A stretch of 64,000 bases of DNA from Balanoglossus misakiensis (lineage: Eukaryota > Animalia > Hemichordata): positions 10,355,844 through 10,419,843 of the forward strand of contig CM082593.2 of NCBI GenBank assembly GCA_040954595.2. The letters are read 5' to 3'. A program made the translations under genes and the position numbers. Shown piece by piece: positions 19,201 to 34,200 of this stretch. Every line of letters begins with the position of its first letter. The stretch's first letter is position 1. Under the pieces are notes generated by a model. It made no database searches, was not told the origin of the DNA, and worked only from the letters and a program-made list of their open reading frames with translations.

Positions 19201-22200
19201 TCGGTGAAAATCATCAAAAAATGACAAATTTTCGACTTTGCAAAATCTCAAAATTTCGTCGATTTTTGAAAAAAATCATGGGTGAAAATCATCAAAAAAA
19301 TGACAAATTTTCGACGTTGCAAAATCTCAAAATTTTGTTGATTTTTGACAAAAATCATAGGTGAAAATCATCAAAAATTAGAAATTTTCGACTTTGCAAA
19401 ATCTCAAAATTTCGTCAATTTTGAAAAAAATCATGGGTGAAAATCATCAAAAAATGACAAATTTTCGACTTTGCAAAATCTCAAAATTTCGTCGATTTTT
19501 GAAAAAAATCATGGGTGAAAAATCATCAAAAAAATGACAAATTTTCGACTTTGCAAAATCTCAAAATTTTGTTGATTTTTGAAAAAAAATCATGGGTGAA
19601 AATGCATCAAAAAATGAGAAATTTTCGACTTTGCAAAATCTCAAAATTTTGTCAATTTTGAAAAAAATCATGGGTGAAAATCATCAAAAAATGACAAATT
19701 TTCGACTTTGCAAAATCTCAAAATTTCGTCGATTTTTGAAAAAAATCATGGGTGAAAATCATCAAAAAAATGACAAATTTTCGACTTTGCAAAATCTCAA
19801 AATTTTGTTGATTTTTGAAAAAAATCATAGGTGAAAATCATCAAAAAATGACAAATTTTCGACTTTGCAAAATCTCAAAATTTCGTCGATTTTTGAAGAA
19901 AATCATGGGTGAAAATCATCAAAAAATGACAAATTTTCGACTTTGCAAAATCTCAAAATTTTTTCGATTTTTGAAAAAAGACATGGGTGAAAATCATCAA
20001 AAAATGACAAATTTTCGACTTTGCAAAATCTCAAAATTTCGTAGATTTTTGAAAAAAAACATGGGTAAAAATCATCAAAAAATGACAAATTTTCGACTTT
20101 GCAAAATCTCAAAATTTCGTCCATTTTAAAAAAAAAACATGGGGGAAAATCATCAAAAAATGACAAATTTTCGACTTTGCAAAATCTCAAAATTTCGTCA
20201 ATTTTGAATAAAAATCATGGGTGAAAATCATCAAAAAATGACAAATTTTCGACTTTGCAAAATCTCACAATTTCGTCGATTTTTGAAAAAAAATCATGGG
20301 TGAAAATGCATCAAAAATGAGAAATTTTCGACTTTGCAAAATCTCAAAATTTCGTCAATTTTGAAAAAAATCATGGGTGAAAATCATCAAAAAATGACAA
20401 ATTTTCGACTTTGCAAAATCTCAAAATTTCGTCGATTTTTGAAAAAAATCATGGGTGAAAAATCATCAAAAAAATGACAAATTTTCGACTTTGCAAAATC
20501 TCAAAATTTTGTTGATTTTTGAAAAAAATCATAGGTGAAAATCATCAAAAAATGACAAATTTTCGACTTTGCAAAATCTCAAAATTTCGTCGATTTTTGA
20601 AGAAAATCATAGGTGAAAATCATCAACAAATGACAAATTTTCGACTTTGCAAAATCTCAAAATTTCGTCGATTTTTGAAGAAAATCATGGGTGAAAATCA
20701 TCAAAAAATGACAAATTTTCGACTTTGCAAAATCTCAAAATTTTTTCGATTTTTGAAAAATATCATTGGTGAAAATCATCAAAAAATGACAAATTTTGAA
20801 AAAAAAACGGGTGAAAATCATCAAAAAATGACACATTTTCGACTTTGCAAAATCTCAAAATTTTTTCGATTGTTGAAAAAAATCATCGGTGAAAATCATC
20901 AAAAAATGACAAATTTTCGACTTTGCAAAATCTCAAAATTTCGTCGATTTTTGAAAAAAATCATGGGTGAAAATCATCAAAAAAATGACAAATTTTCGAC
21001 GTTGCAAAATCTCAAAATTTTGTTGATTTTTGACAAAAATCATAGGTGAAAATCATCAAAAAATGACAAATTTTCGACTTTGCAAAATCTCAAAATTTCG
21101 TCGATTTTTGAAGAAAATCATGGGTGAAAATCATCAAAAAATGACAAATTTTCGACTTTGCAAAATCTCAAAATTTTTTCGATTTTTGAAAAATATCATG
21201 GGTGAAAATCATCAAAAAATGACAAATTTTGAAAAAAAAACGGGTGAAAATGATCAAAAAATGACACATTTACGACTTTGCAAAATCTCAAAATTTCGTC
21301 GATTTTTGAAAAAAAATCATGGGTGAAAATCATCAAAAAATGAAAATTTTTCGTCTTTGCAAAATCTCAAAATTTCGTCCATTTTTGAAAAAAAAATCAT
21401 GGGTAAAAATCATCAAAAATGACAAATTTTCGTCTTTGCAAAATCTCAAAATTTCGTCGATTTTTGAAGAAAATCATGGGTGAAAATCATCAAAAAATGA
21501 CAAATTTTCGACTTTGCAAAATCTCAAATTTTTTTCGATTTTTGAAAAAAGACGGGTGAAAATCATCAAAAAATGACAAATTTTCGACTTTGCAAAATCT
21601 CAAAATTTCGTAGATTTTTGAAAAAAAACATGGGTAAAAATCATCAAAAAATGACAAATTTTCGACTTTGCAAAATCTCAAAATTTCGTCAATTTTGAAT
21701 AAAAATCATGGGTGAAAATCATTAAAAAATGACAAATTTTCGACTTTGCAAAATCTCACAATTTCGTCGATTTTTGAAAAAAAATCATGGGTGAAAATGC
21801 ATCAAAAAATGAGAAATTTTCGACTTTGCAAAATCTCAAAATTTCGTCAATTTTGAAAAAAATCATGGGTGAAAATCATCAAAAAATGACAAATTTTCGA
21901 CTTTGCAAAATCTCAAAATTTCGTCGATTTTTGAAAAAAATCATGGGTGAAAAATCATCAAAAAAATGACAAATTTTCGACTTTGCAAAATCTCAAAATT
22001 TTGTTGATTTTTGAAAAAAATCATAGGTGAAAATCATCAAAAAATGACAAATTTTCGACTTTGCAAAATCTCAAAATTTCGTCGATTTTTGAAGAAAATC
22101 ATGGGTGAAAATCATCAAAAAATTACAAATTTTCGACTTTGCAAAATCTCAAAATTTTTTCGATTGTTGAATAAAATCATCGGTGAAAATCATCAAAAAA

Positions 22201-25200
22201 TGACAAATTTTCGACTTTGCAAAATCTCAAAATTTCGTCGATTTTTGAAAAAAATCATGGGTGAAAATCATAAAAAAAATGACAAATTTTCGACGTTGCA
22301 AAATCTCAAAATTTTGTTGATTTTTGAAAAAAATCATAGGTGAAAATCATCAAAAAATGACAAATTTTCGACTTTGCAAAATCTCAAAATTTCGTCGATT
22401 TTTGAAGAAAATCATGGGTGAAAATCATCAAAAAATGACAAATTTTCGACTTTGCAAAATCTCAAAATTTTTTCGATTTTTGAAAAATATCATTGGTGAA
22501 AATCATCAAAAAATGACAAATTTTGAAAAAAAAACGGGTGAAAATCATCAAAAAATGACACATTTTCGACTTTGCAAAATCTCAAAATTTTTTCGATTGT
22601 TGAAAAAAATCATCGGTGAAAATCATCAAAAAATGACAAATTTTCGACTTTGCAAAATCTCAAAATTTCGTCGATTTTTGAAAAAAATCATGGGTGAAAA
22701 TCATCAAAAAAATGACAAATTTTCGACGTTGCAAAATCTCAAAATTTTGTTGATTTTTGACAAAAATCATAGGTGAAAATCATCAAAAAATGACAAATTT
22801 TCGACTTTGCAAAATCTCAAAATTTCGTCGATTTTTGAAGAAAATCATGGGTGAAAATCATCAAAAAATGACAAATTTTCGACTTTGCAAAATCTCAAAA
22901 TTTCGTCCATTTTTGAAAAAAAAATCATGGGTAAAAATCATCAAAAATGACAAATTTTCGTCTTTGCAAAATCTCAAAATTTCGTCGATTTTTGAAGAAA
23001 ATCATGGGTGAAAATCATCAAAAAATGACAAAATTTTCGACTTTGCAAAATCTCAAAATTTCGTCGATTTTTGAAAAAAATCATGGGGGAAAATCATGAA
23101 AAAATGACAAATTTTCCTCTTTGCAAAATCTTAAAATTTCGTCGATTTTTGAAAAAAAATCATGGGTGAAAATCATCAAAAAATGACAAATTTTCGTCTT
23201 TGCAAAATCTCAAATTTTCGTCGATTTTTGAAAAAAAATCATGGTTGAAAATCATCAAAAAATGACAAAATTTTCGACTTTGTAAAATCACAAAATTTCG
23301 TCGATTTTGAAAAAAATCATAGGTTCGTCGATTTTTTAAAAAAAAACATGGGTGAAAATCATCAAAAAATGACAAATTTTGAAAAAAAAACGGGTGAAAA
23401 TCATCAAAAAATGACACATTTTCGACTTTGCAAAATCTCAAAATTTCGTCGATTTTTGAAAAAAAACCGGGTGAAAATCATCAAAAAATGACAAATTTTG
23501 AAAAAAAAACGGGTGAAAATCATCAAAAAATGACACATTTTCGACTTTGTAAAATCACAAAATTTCGTCGATTTTGAAAAAAATCATAGGTTCGTCGATT
23601 TTTTAAAAAAAAACATGGGTGAAAATCATCAAAAAATAACAAATTTTGAAAAAAAAACGGGTGAAAATCATCAAAAAATGACACATTTACGACTTTGCAA
23701 AATCTCAAAATTTCGTCGATTTTTGAAAAAAAATCATGGGTGAAAATCATCAAAAAATGAAAATTTTTCGTCTTTGCAAAATCTCAAAATTTCGTCCATT
23801 TTTGAAAAAAAAATCATGGGTAAAAATCATCAAAAATGACAAATTTTCGTCTTTGCAAAATCTCAAAATTTCGTCGATTTTTGAAGAAAATCATGGGTGA
23901 AAATCATCAAAAAATGACAAATTTTCGACTTTGCAAAATCTCAAAATTTTTTCGATTTTTGAAAAAAGACATGGGTGAAAATCATGAAAAAATGACAAAT
24001 TTTCGACTTTGCAAAATCTCAAAATTTCGTCCATTTTTGAAAAAAAATCATGGGTAAAAATCATCAAAAAATGACAAATTTTGAAAAGAAAACGGGTGAA
24101 AATCATCAAAAAATGACACATTTTCGACTTTGCAAAATCTCAAAATTTCGTCGATTTTTGAAAAAAAATCATGGGTGAAAATCATCAAAAAATGACAAAT
24201 ATTCGTCTTTGCAAAATCTCAAAATTTCGTCCATTTCTGAAACAAAATTATGGGTAAAAATCATCAAAAATGACAAATTTTCATCTTTGCAAAATCTCAA
24301 AATTTCGTCGAGTTTTGAAAAAAATCATGGGGGAAAATCATGAAAAAATGACAAATTTTCCTCTTTGCAAAATCTCAAAATTTCGTCGATTTTTAAAAAA
24401 AGACATGGATGAAAATCATCAAAAAATAACAAATTTTCGACTTTGCAAAATCTCAAAATTTCGTCCATTTTTGAAAAAAAATCATGGGTAAAAATCATCA
24501 AAAAATGACAAATTTTGAAAAAAAAACGGGTGAAAATCATCAAAAAATGACACATTTTCGACTTTGCAAAATCTCAAAATTTCGTCGATTTTTGAAAAAA
24601 AATCATGGGTGAAAATCATCAAAAAATGACAAATTTTCGTCTTTGCAAAATCTCAAATTTTGTCCATTTCTGAAAAAAAATTATGGGTAAAAATCATCAA
24701 AAATGACAAATTTTCATCTTTGCAAAATCTCAAATTTTCGTCGATTTTTGAAAAAAATCATGGTTGAATATCATCAAAAAATGACAAAATTTTCGACTCT
24801 GCAAAATCTCAAAATTTCGTCGATTTTTGAAAAAAATCATGGGGGAAAATCATGAAAAAATGACAAATTTTCCTCTTTGCAAAATCTTAAAATTTCGTCG
24901 ATTTTTGAAAAAAAATCATGGGTGAAAATCATCAAAAAATGACAAATTTTCGTCTTTGCAAAATCTCAAATTTTCGTCGATTTTTGAAAAAAAATCATGG
25001 TTGAAAATCATCAAAAAATGACAAAATTTTCGACTTTGTAAAATCACAAAATTTCGTCGATTTTGAAAAAAATCATAGGTTCGTCGATTTTTTAAAAAAA
25101 AACATGGGTGAAAATCATCAAAAAATGACAAATTTTGAAAAAAAAACGGGTGAAAATCATCAAAAAATGACACATTTTCGACTTTGCAAAATCTCAAAAT

Positions 25201-28200
25201 TTCGTCGATTTTTGAAAAAAAAACGGGTGAAAATCATCAAAAAATGACAAATTTTGAAAAAAAACGGGTGAAAATCATCAAAAAATGACACATTTTCGAC
25301 TTTGTAAAATCACAAAATTTCGTCGATTTTGAAAAAAATCATAGGTTCGTCGATTTTTTTAAAAAAAACATGGGTGAAAATCATCAAAAAATGACAAATT
25401 TTGAAAAAAAAACGGGTGAAAATCATCAAAAAATGACACATTTACGACTTTGCAAAATCTCAAAATTTCGTCGATTTTTGAAAAAAAATCATGGGTGAAA
25501 ATCATCAAAAAATGAAAATTTTTCGTCTTTGCAAAATCTCAAAATTTTTTCGATTTTTGAAAAAAGACATGGGTGAAAATCATCAAAAAATGACAAATTT
25601 TCGACTTTGTAAAATCTCAAAATTTCGTAGATTTTTGAAAAAAACATGGGTAAAAATCATCAAAAAATGACAAATTTTCGACTTTGCAAAATCTCAAAAT
25701 TTCGTCAATTTTGAATAAAAATCATGGGTGAAAATCATCAAAAAATGACAAATTTTCGACTTTGCAAAATCTCACAATTTCGTCGATTTTTGAAAAAAAA
25801 TCATGGGTGAAAATGCATCAAAAAATGAGAAATTTTCGACTTTGCAAAATCTCAAAATTTCGTCAATTTTGAAAAAAATCATGGGTGAAAATCATCAAAA
25901 AATGACAAATTTTCGACTTTGCAAAATCTCAAAATTTCGTCGATTTTTGAAAAAAATCATGGGTGAAAAATCATCAAAAAAATGACAAATTTTCGACTTT
26001 GCAAAATCTCAAAATTTTGTTGATTTTTGAAAAAAATCATAGGTGAAAATCATCAAAAAATGACAAATTTTCGACTTTGCAAAATCTCAAAATTTCGTCG
26101 ATTTTTGAAGAAAATCATGGGTGAAAATCATCAAAAAATGACAAATTTTCGACTTTGCAAAATCTCAAAATTTTTTCGATTGTTGAAAAAAATCATCGGT
26201 GAAAATCATCAAAAAATGACAAATTTTCGACTTTGCAAAATCTCAAAATTTCGTCGATTTTTGAAAAAAATCATGGGTGAAAATCATCAAAAAAATGACA
26301 AATTTTCGACGTTGCAAAATCTCAAAATTTTGTTGATTTTTGACAAAAATCATAGGTGAAAATCATCAAAAAATGACAAATTTTCGACTTTGCAAAATCT
26401 CAAAATTTCGTCGATTTTTGAAGAAAATCATGGGTGAAAATCATCAAAAAATGAAAATTTTTCGTCTGTGCAAAATCTCAAAATTTCGTCCATTTTTAAA
26501 AAAAAAATCATGGGTAAAAATCATCAAAAATGACAAATTTTCGTCTTTGCAAAATCTCAAAATTTCGTCGAGTTTTGAAAAAAATCATGGGGGAAAATCA
26601 TGAAAAAATGACAAATTTTCCTCTTTGCAAAATCTCAAAATTTCGTCGATTTTTAAAAAAAGACATGGATGAAAATCATCAAAAAATAACAAATTTTCGA
26701 CTTTGCAAAATCTCAAAATTTCGTCCATTTTTGAAAAAAAATCATGGGTAAAAATCATCAAAAAATGACAAATTTTGAAAGAAAAACGGGTGAAAATCAT
26801 CAAAAAATGACACATTTTCGACTTTGCAAAATCTCAAAATTTCGTCGATTTTTGAAAAAAAATCATGGGTGAAAATCATCAAAAAATGACAAATTTTCGT
26901 CTTTGCAAAATCTCAAATTTTGTCCATTTCTGAAAAAAAAAAATGGGTAAAAATCATCAAAAAATGACAAATTTTCGACTTTGCAAAATCTCAAAATTTC
27001 GTCGATTTTTGAAAAAAATCATGGGTGAAAATCATCAAAAAATGACAAATTTTCGACTTTGCAAAATCTAAAAATTTCGTCGATTTTTGAAAAAAATCAT
27101 GGGTTCGTTCAATTTTGAAAAAAACATGGGTGAAAATCATCAAAAAATTACAAATTTTCGACTTTGCAAAATCTCAAAATTTCGTCAATTTTTGAAAAAA
27201 AATCATGGGTGAAAATCATCAAAAAATGACAAATTTTCGACTTTGCAAAATCTCAAAATTTTGTCCTTTTTTGAAAAAAAATCATGGGTTCGTTGATTTT
27301 TGAAAAAAAACATGGGTGAAAATCATCAAAAAATGACAAATTTTCGTCTTTGCAAAATCACAAAATTTCGTCGATTTTTAAAAAAAAATCATGGTGAAAA
27401 TCATCAAAAAATGACAAATTTTCGACCTTGCAAAATCTAAAAATTTTGTCGATTTTTGAAAAAAATCATGGGTGAAAATAATCAAAAAATGACAAATTTT
27501 CGACTTTGCAAAATCTAAAAATTTTGTCGATTTTTGAAAAAAATCATGGGTGAAAATCATCAAAAAATGACAAATTTTCGACTTTGCAAAATCTCAAAAT
27601 TTCGTCGATTTTTGAAAAAAATCATGGGTTCGTTCAATTTTGAAAAAAAACATGGGTGAAAATCATCAAAAAATTACAAATTTTCGACTTTGCAAAATCT
27701 CAAAATTTTGTCGATTTTTGAAAAAAAATCATGGGTGAAAATCATTAATAAATGACAAATTTTCGACTTTGCAAAATCTCAAAATTTCGTCGATTTTTGA
27801 AAAAAAATTAAGGGTGAAAATCATCAAAAAATGACAAATTTTCGACTTTGCAAAATCTCAAAATTTCGTCGATTTTTGAAAAAAATCATGGGTGAAAATC
27901 ATCAAAAAATGACAAATTTTCGACTTTGCAAAATCTCAAAATTTTGTCCTCTTTTGAAAAAAAATCATGGGTTCGTTGATTTTTGAAAAAAAACATGGGT
28001 GAAAATCATCAAAAAATTACAAATTTTCGAATTTGCAAAATCTCAAAATTTCGTCGATTTTTGAAAAAAAAAAACATGGGTGAAAATCATCAAAAAATGA
28101 CAAATTTTCGACTTTGCAAAATCTCAAAATTTCGTAAATTTTTGAAAAAAAGTCTTGGGTGAAAATCATCAAAAAATGACAAATTTTCGACTTTGCAAAA

Positions 28201-31200
28201 TCTCAAAATTTCGTCGATTTTTGAAAAAAATCATGGGTGAAAATCATCAAAAAATGACAAATTTTCGACTTTGCAAAATCTCAAAATTTCGTCGATTTTT
28301 GAAAAAAATCTTGGGTTCGTTCAATTTTGAAAAAAAACATGGGTGAAAATCATCAAAAAATTACAAATTTTCGACTTTGCAAAATCTAAAAATTTTGTCG
28401 ATTTTTGAAAAAAATCATGGGTGAAAATCATCAAAAAATGACAAATTTTCGACTTTGCAAAATCTCAAAATTTCGTCGATTTTTGAAAAAAATCATGGGT
28501 TCGTTCAATTTTGAAAAAAAACATGGGTGAAAATCATCAAAAAATTACAAATTTTCGACTTTGCAAAATCTCAAAATTTTGTCGATTTTTGAAAAAAAAT
28601 CATGGGTGAAAATCATTAATAAATGACAAATTTTCGACTTTGCAAAATCTCAAAATTTCGTCGATTTTTGAAAAAAAATTAAGGGTGAAAATCATCAAAA
28701 AATGACAAATTTTCGACTTTGCAAAATCTCAAAATTTCGTCGATTTTTGAAAAAAATCATGGGTGAAAATCATCAAAAAATGACAAATTTTCGACTTTGC
28801 AAAATCTCAAAATTTTGTCCTCTTTTGAAAAAAAATCATGGGTTCGTTGATTTTTGAAAAAAAACATGGGTGAAAATCATCAAAAAATTACAAATTTTCG
28901 AATTTGCAAAATCTCAAAATTTCGTCGATTTTTGAAAAAAAAAAACATGGGTGAAAATCATCAAATAATGACAAATTTTCGACTTTGCAAAATCTCAAAA
29001 TTTCGTAAATTTTTGAAAAAAAGTCTTGGGTGAAAATCATCAAAAAATGACAAATTTTCGACTTTGCAAAATCTCAAAATTTCGTCGATTTTTGAAAAAA
29101 ATCATGGGTGAAAATCATCAAAAAATGACAAATTTTCGACTTTGCAAAATCTCAAAATTTCGTCGATTTTTGAAAAAAATCTTGGGTTCGTTCAATTTTG
29201 AAAAAAAACATGGGTGAAAATCATCAAAAAATTACAAATTTTCGACTTTGCAAAATCTTAAAATTTTGTCTATTTTTGAAAAAAATCACGGGTGAAAATC
29301 ATCAAAAAATGAAAAAATTTTGTCTTTGCAAAATCTCAAAATTTCGTCGACTTTTGAAAAAAATCATGGGTGAAAATCATCAAAAAATGACAAATTTTCG
29401 TCTTTGCAAAATCTCAAAATTTTGTCGATTTTTGAAAAAAATCATGGGTGAAAATCATCAAAAAACGACAAATTTTCGACTTTGCAAAATCTCAAAATTT
29501 CGTACATTTTTGAAAAAAAATCATGGGTGAAAATCATCAAAAAATGACAAATTTTCGTCTTTGCAAAATCTCAAAATTTCGTCGATTTTTAAAAAAAAAA
29601 TCATGGTGAAAATCATCAAAAAATGACAAATTTTCGACTTTGCAAAATCTAAAAATTTTGTCGATTTTTGAAAAAAATCATGGGTGAAAATAATCAAAAA
29701 ATGACAAATTTTCGACTTTGCAAAATCTAAAAATTTTGTCGATTTTTGAAAAAAATCATGGGTGAAAATCATCAAAAAATGACAAATTTTCGACCTTGCA
29801 AAATCTCAAAATTTCGTCGATTTTTGAAAAAAATCATGGGTTCGTTCAATTTTGAAAAAAACATGGGTGAAAATCATCAAAAAATTACAAATTTTCGACT
29901 TTGCAAAATCTCAAAATTTTGTCGATTTTTGAAAAAAAATCATGGGTGAAAATCATTAATAAATGACAAATTTTCGACTTTGCAAAATCTCAAAATTTTG
30001 TCCTTTTTTGAAAAAAAATCATGGGTTCGTTGATTTTTGAAAAAAAACATGGGTGAAAATCATCAAAAAATGACAAATTTTCGTCTTTGCAAAATCTCAA
30101 AATTTCGTCGATTTTTAAAAAAAAATCATGGTGAAAATCATCAAAAAATGACAAATTTTCGACTTTGCAAAATCTAAAAATTTTGTCGATTTTTGAAAAA
30201 AATCATGGGTGAAAATAATCAAAAAATGACAAATTTTCGACTTTGCAAAATCTAAAAATTTTGTCGATTTTTGAAAAAAATCATGGGTGAAAATCATCAA
30301 AAAATGACAAATTTTCGACTTGCAAAATCTCAAAATTTCGTCGATTTTTGAAAAAAATCATGGGTTCGTTCAATTTTGAAAAAAACATGGGTGAAAATCA
30401 TCAAAAAATTACAAATTTTCGACTTTGCAAAATCTCAAAATTTTGTCGATTTTTGAAAAAAAATCATGGGTGAAAATCATTAATAAATGACAAATTTTCG
30501 ACTTTGCAAAATCTCAAAATTTTGTCCTTTTTTGAAAAAAAATCATGGGTTCGTTGATTTTTGAAAAAAACATGGGTGAAAATCATCAAAAAATGACAAA
30601 TTTTCGTCTTTGCAAAATCTCAAAATTTCGTCGATTTTTAAAAAAAAATCATGGTGAAAATCATCAAAAAATGACAAATTTTCGACTTTGCAAAATCTAA
30701 AAATTTTGTCGATTTTTGAAAAAAATCATGGGTGAAAATAATCAAAAAATGACAAATTTTCGACTTTGCAAAATCTAGAAATTTTGTCGATTTTTGAAAA
30801 AAATCATGGGTGAAAATCATCAAAAAATGACAAATTTTCGACTTTGCAAAATCTCAAAATTTCGTCGATTTTTGAAAAAAATCATGGGTGAAAATCATCA
30901 AAAAATGACAAATTTTCGACTTTGCAAAATCTCAAAATTTCGTCGATTTTTGAAAAAAATCATGGGTTCGTTCAATTTTGAAAAAAACATGGGTGAAAAT
31001 CATCAAAAAATTACAAATTTTCGACTTTGCAAAATCTCAAAATTTTGTCGATTTTTGAAAAAAAATCATGGGTGAAAATCATTAATAAATGACAAATTTT
31101 CGACTTTGCAAAATCTCAAAATTTTGTCCTTTTTTGAAAAAAAATCATGGGTTCGTTGATTTTTGAAAAAAAACATGGGTGAAAATCATCAAAAAATGAC

Positions 31201-34200
31201 AAATTTTCGTCTTTGCAAAATCTCAAAATTTCGTCGATTTTTAAAAAAAAATCATGGTGAAAATCATCAAAAAATGACAAATTTTCGACTTTGCAAAATC
31301 TAAAAATTTTGTCGATTTTTGAAAAAAATCATGGGTGAAAATAATCAAAAAATGACAAATTTTCGACTTTGCAAAATCTAGAAATTTTGTCGATTTTTGA
31401 AAAAAATCATGGGTGAAAATCATCAAAAAATGACAAATTTTCGACTTTGCAAAATCTCAAAATTTCGTCGATTTTTGAAAAAAATCATGGGTGAAAATCA
31501 TCAAAAAATGACAAATTTTCGACTTTGCAAAATCTCAAAATTTCGTCGATTTTTGAAAAAAATCATGGGTTCGTTCAATTTTGAAAAAAAACATGGGTGA
31601 AAATCATCAAAAAATTACAAATTTTCGACTTTGCAAAATCTCAAAATTTTGTCTATTTTTGAAAAAAATCACGGGTGAAAATCATCAAAAAATGAAAAAA
31701 ATTTGTCTTTGCAAAATCTCAAAATTTCGTCGACTTTTGAAAAAAATCACGGGTGAAAATCATCAAAAAATGAAAAAAATTTGTCTTTGCAAAATCTCAA
31801 AATTTTGTCGATTTTTGAAAAAAAATCATGGGTGAAAATCATTAATAAATGACAAATTTTCGACTTTGCAAAATCTCAAAATTTTGTCCTTTTTTGAAAA
31901 AAAATCATGGGTTCGTTGATTTTTGAAAAAAAACATGGGTGAAAATCATCAAAAAATGACAAATTTTCGTCTTTGCAAAATCTCAAAATTTCGTCGATTT
32001 TTAAAAAAAAATCATGGTGAAAATCATCAAAAAATGACAAATTTTCGACTTTGCAAAATCTAAAAATTTTGTCGATTTTTGAAAAAAATCATGGGTGAAA
32101 ATAATCAAAAAATGACAAATTTTCGACTTTGCAAAATCTAAAAATTTTGTCGATTTTTGAAAAAAATCATGGGTGAAAATCATAAAAAAATGACAAATTT
32201 TCGACTTTGCAAAATCTCAAAATTTCGTCGATTTTTGAAAAAAATCATGGGTGAAAATCATCAAAAAATGACAAATTTTCGACTTTGCAAAATCTAAAAA
32301 TTTCGTCGATTTTTGAAAAAAATCATGGGTTCGTTCAATTTTGAAAAAAACATGGGTGAAAATCATCAAAAAATTACAAATTTTCGACTTTGCAAAATCT
32401 CAAAATTTCGTCAATTTTTGAAAAAAAATCATGGGTGAAAATCATCAAAAAATGACAAATTTTCGACTTTGCAAAATCTCAAAATTTTGTCCTTTTTTGA
32501 AAAAAAATCATGGGTTCGTTGATTTTTGAAAAAAAACATGGGTGAAAATCATCAAAAAATGACAAATTTTCGTCTTTGCAAAATCACAAAATTTCGTCGA
32601 TTTTTAAAAAAAAATCATGGTGAAAATCATCAAAAAATGACAAATTTTCGACCTTGCAAAATCTAAAAATTTTGTCGATTTTTGAAAAAAATCATGGGTG
32701 AAAATAATCAAAAAATGACAAATTTTCGACTTTGCAAAATCTAAAAATTTTGTCGATTTTTGAAAAAAATCATGGGTGAAAATCATCAAAAAATGACAAA
32801 TTTTCGACTTTGCAAAATCTCAAAATTTCGTCGATTTTTGAAAAAAATCATGGGTTCGTTCAATTTTGAAAAAAAACATGGGTGAAAATCATCAAAAAAT
32901 TACAAATTTTCGACTTTGCAAAATCTCAAAATTTTGTCGATTTTTGAAAAAAAATCATGGGTGAAAATCATTAATAAATGACAAATTTTCGACTTTGCAA
33001 AATCTCAAAATTTCGTCGATTTTTGAAAAAAAATTAAGGGTGAAAATCATCAAAAAATGACAAATTTTCGACTTTGCAAAATCTCAAAATTTCGTCGATT
33101 TTTGAAAAAAATCATGGGTGAAAATCATCAAAAAATGACAAATTTTCGACTTTGCAAAATCTCAAAATTTTGTCCTCTTTTGAAAAAAAATCATGGGTTC
33201 GTTGATTTTTGAAAAAAAACATGGGTGAAAATCATCAAAAAATTACAAATTTTCGAATTTGCAAAATCTCAAAATTTCGTCGATTTTTGAAAAAAAAAAA
33301 CATGGGTGAAAATCATCAAAAAATGACAAATTTTCGACTTTGCAAAATCTCAAAATTTCGTAAATTTTTGAAAAAAAGTCTTGGGTGAAAATCATCAAAA
33401 AATGACAAATTTTCGACTTTGCAAAATCTCAAAATTTCGTCGATTTTTGAAAAAAATCATGGGTGAAAATCATCAAAAAATGACAAATTTTCGACTTTGC
33501 AAAATCTCAAAATTTCGTCGATTTTTGAAAAAAATCTTGGGTTCGTTCAATTTTGAAAAAAAACATGGGTGAAAATCATCAAAAAATTACAAATTTTCGA
33601 CTTTGCAAAATCATAAAATTTTGTCTATTTTTGAAAAAAATCACGGGTGAAAATCATCAAAAAATGAAAAAATTTTGTCTTTGCAAAATCTCAAAATTTC
33701 GTCGACTTTTGAAAAAAATCATGGGTGAAAATCATCAAAAAATTACAAATTTTCGAATTTGCAAAATCTCAAAATTTCGTCGATTTTTGAAAAAAAAAAA
33801 CATGGGTGAAAATCATCAAAAAATGACAAATTTTCGACTTTGCAAAATCTCAAAATTTCGTAAATTTTTGAAAAAAAGTCTTGGGTGAAAATCATCAAAA
33901 AATGACAAATTTTCGACTTTGCAAAATCTCAAAATTTCGTCGATTTTTGAAAAAAATCATGGGTGAAAATCATCAAAAAATGACAAATTTTCGACTTTGC
34001 AAAATCTCAAAATTTCGTCGATTTTTGAAAAAAATCTTGGGTTCGTTCAATTTTGAAAAAAAACATGGGTGAAAATCATCAAAAAATTACAAATTTTCGA
34101 CTTTGCAAAATCTTAAAATTTTGTCTATTTTTGAAAAAAATCACGGGTGAAAATCATCAAAAAATGAAAAAATTTTGTCTTTGCAAAATCTCAAAATTTC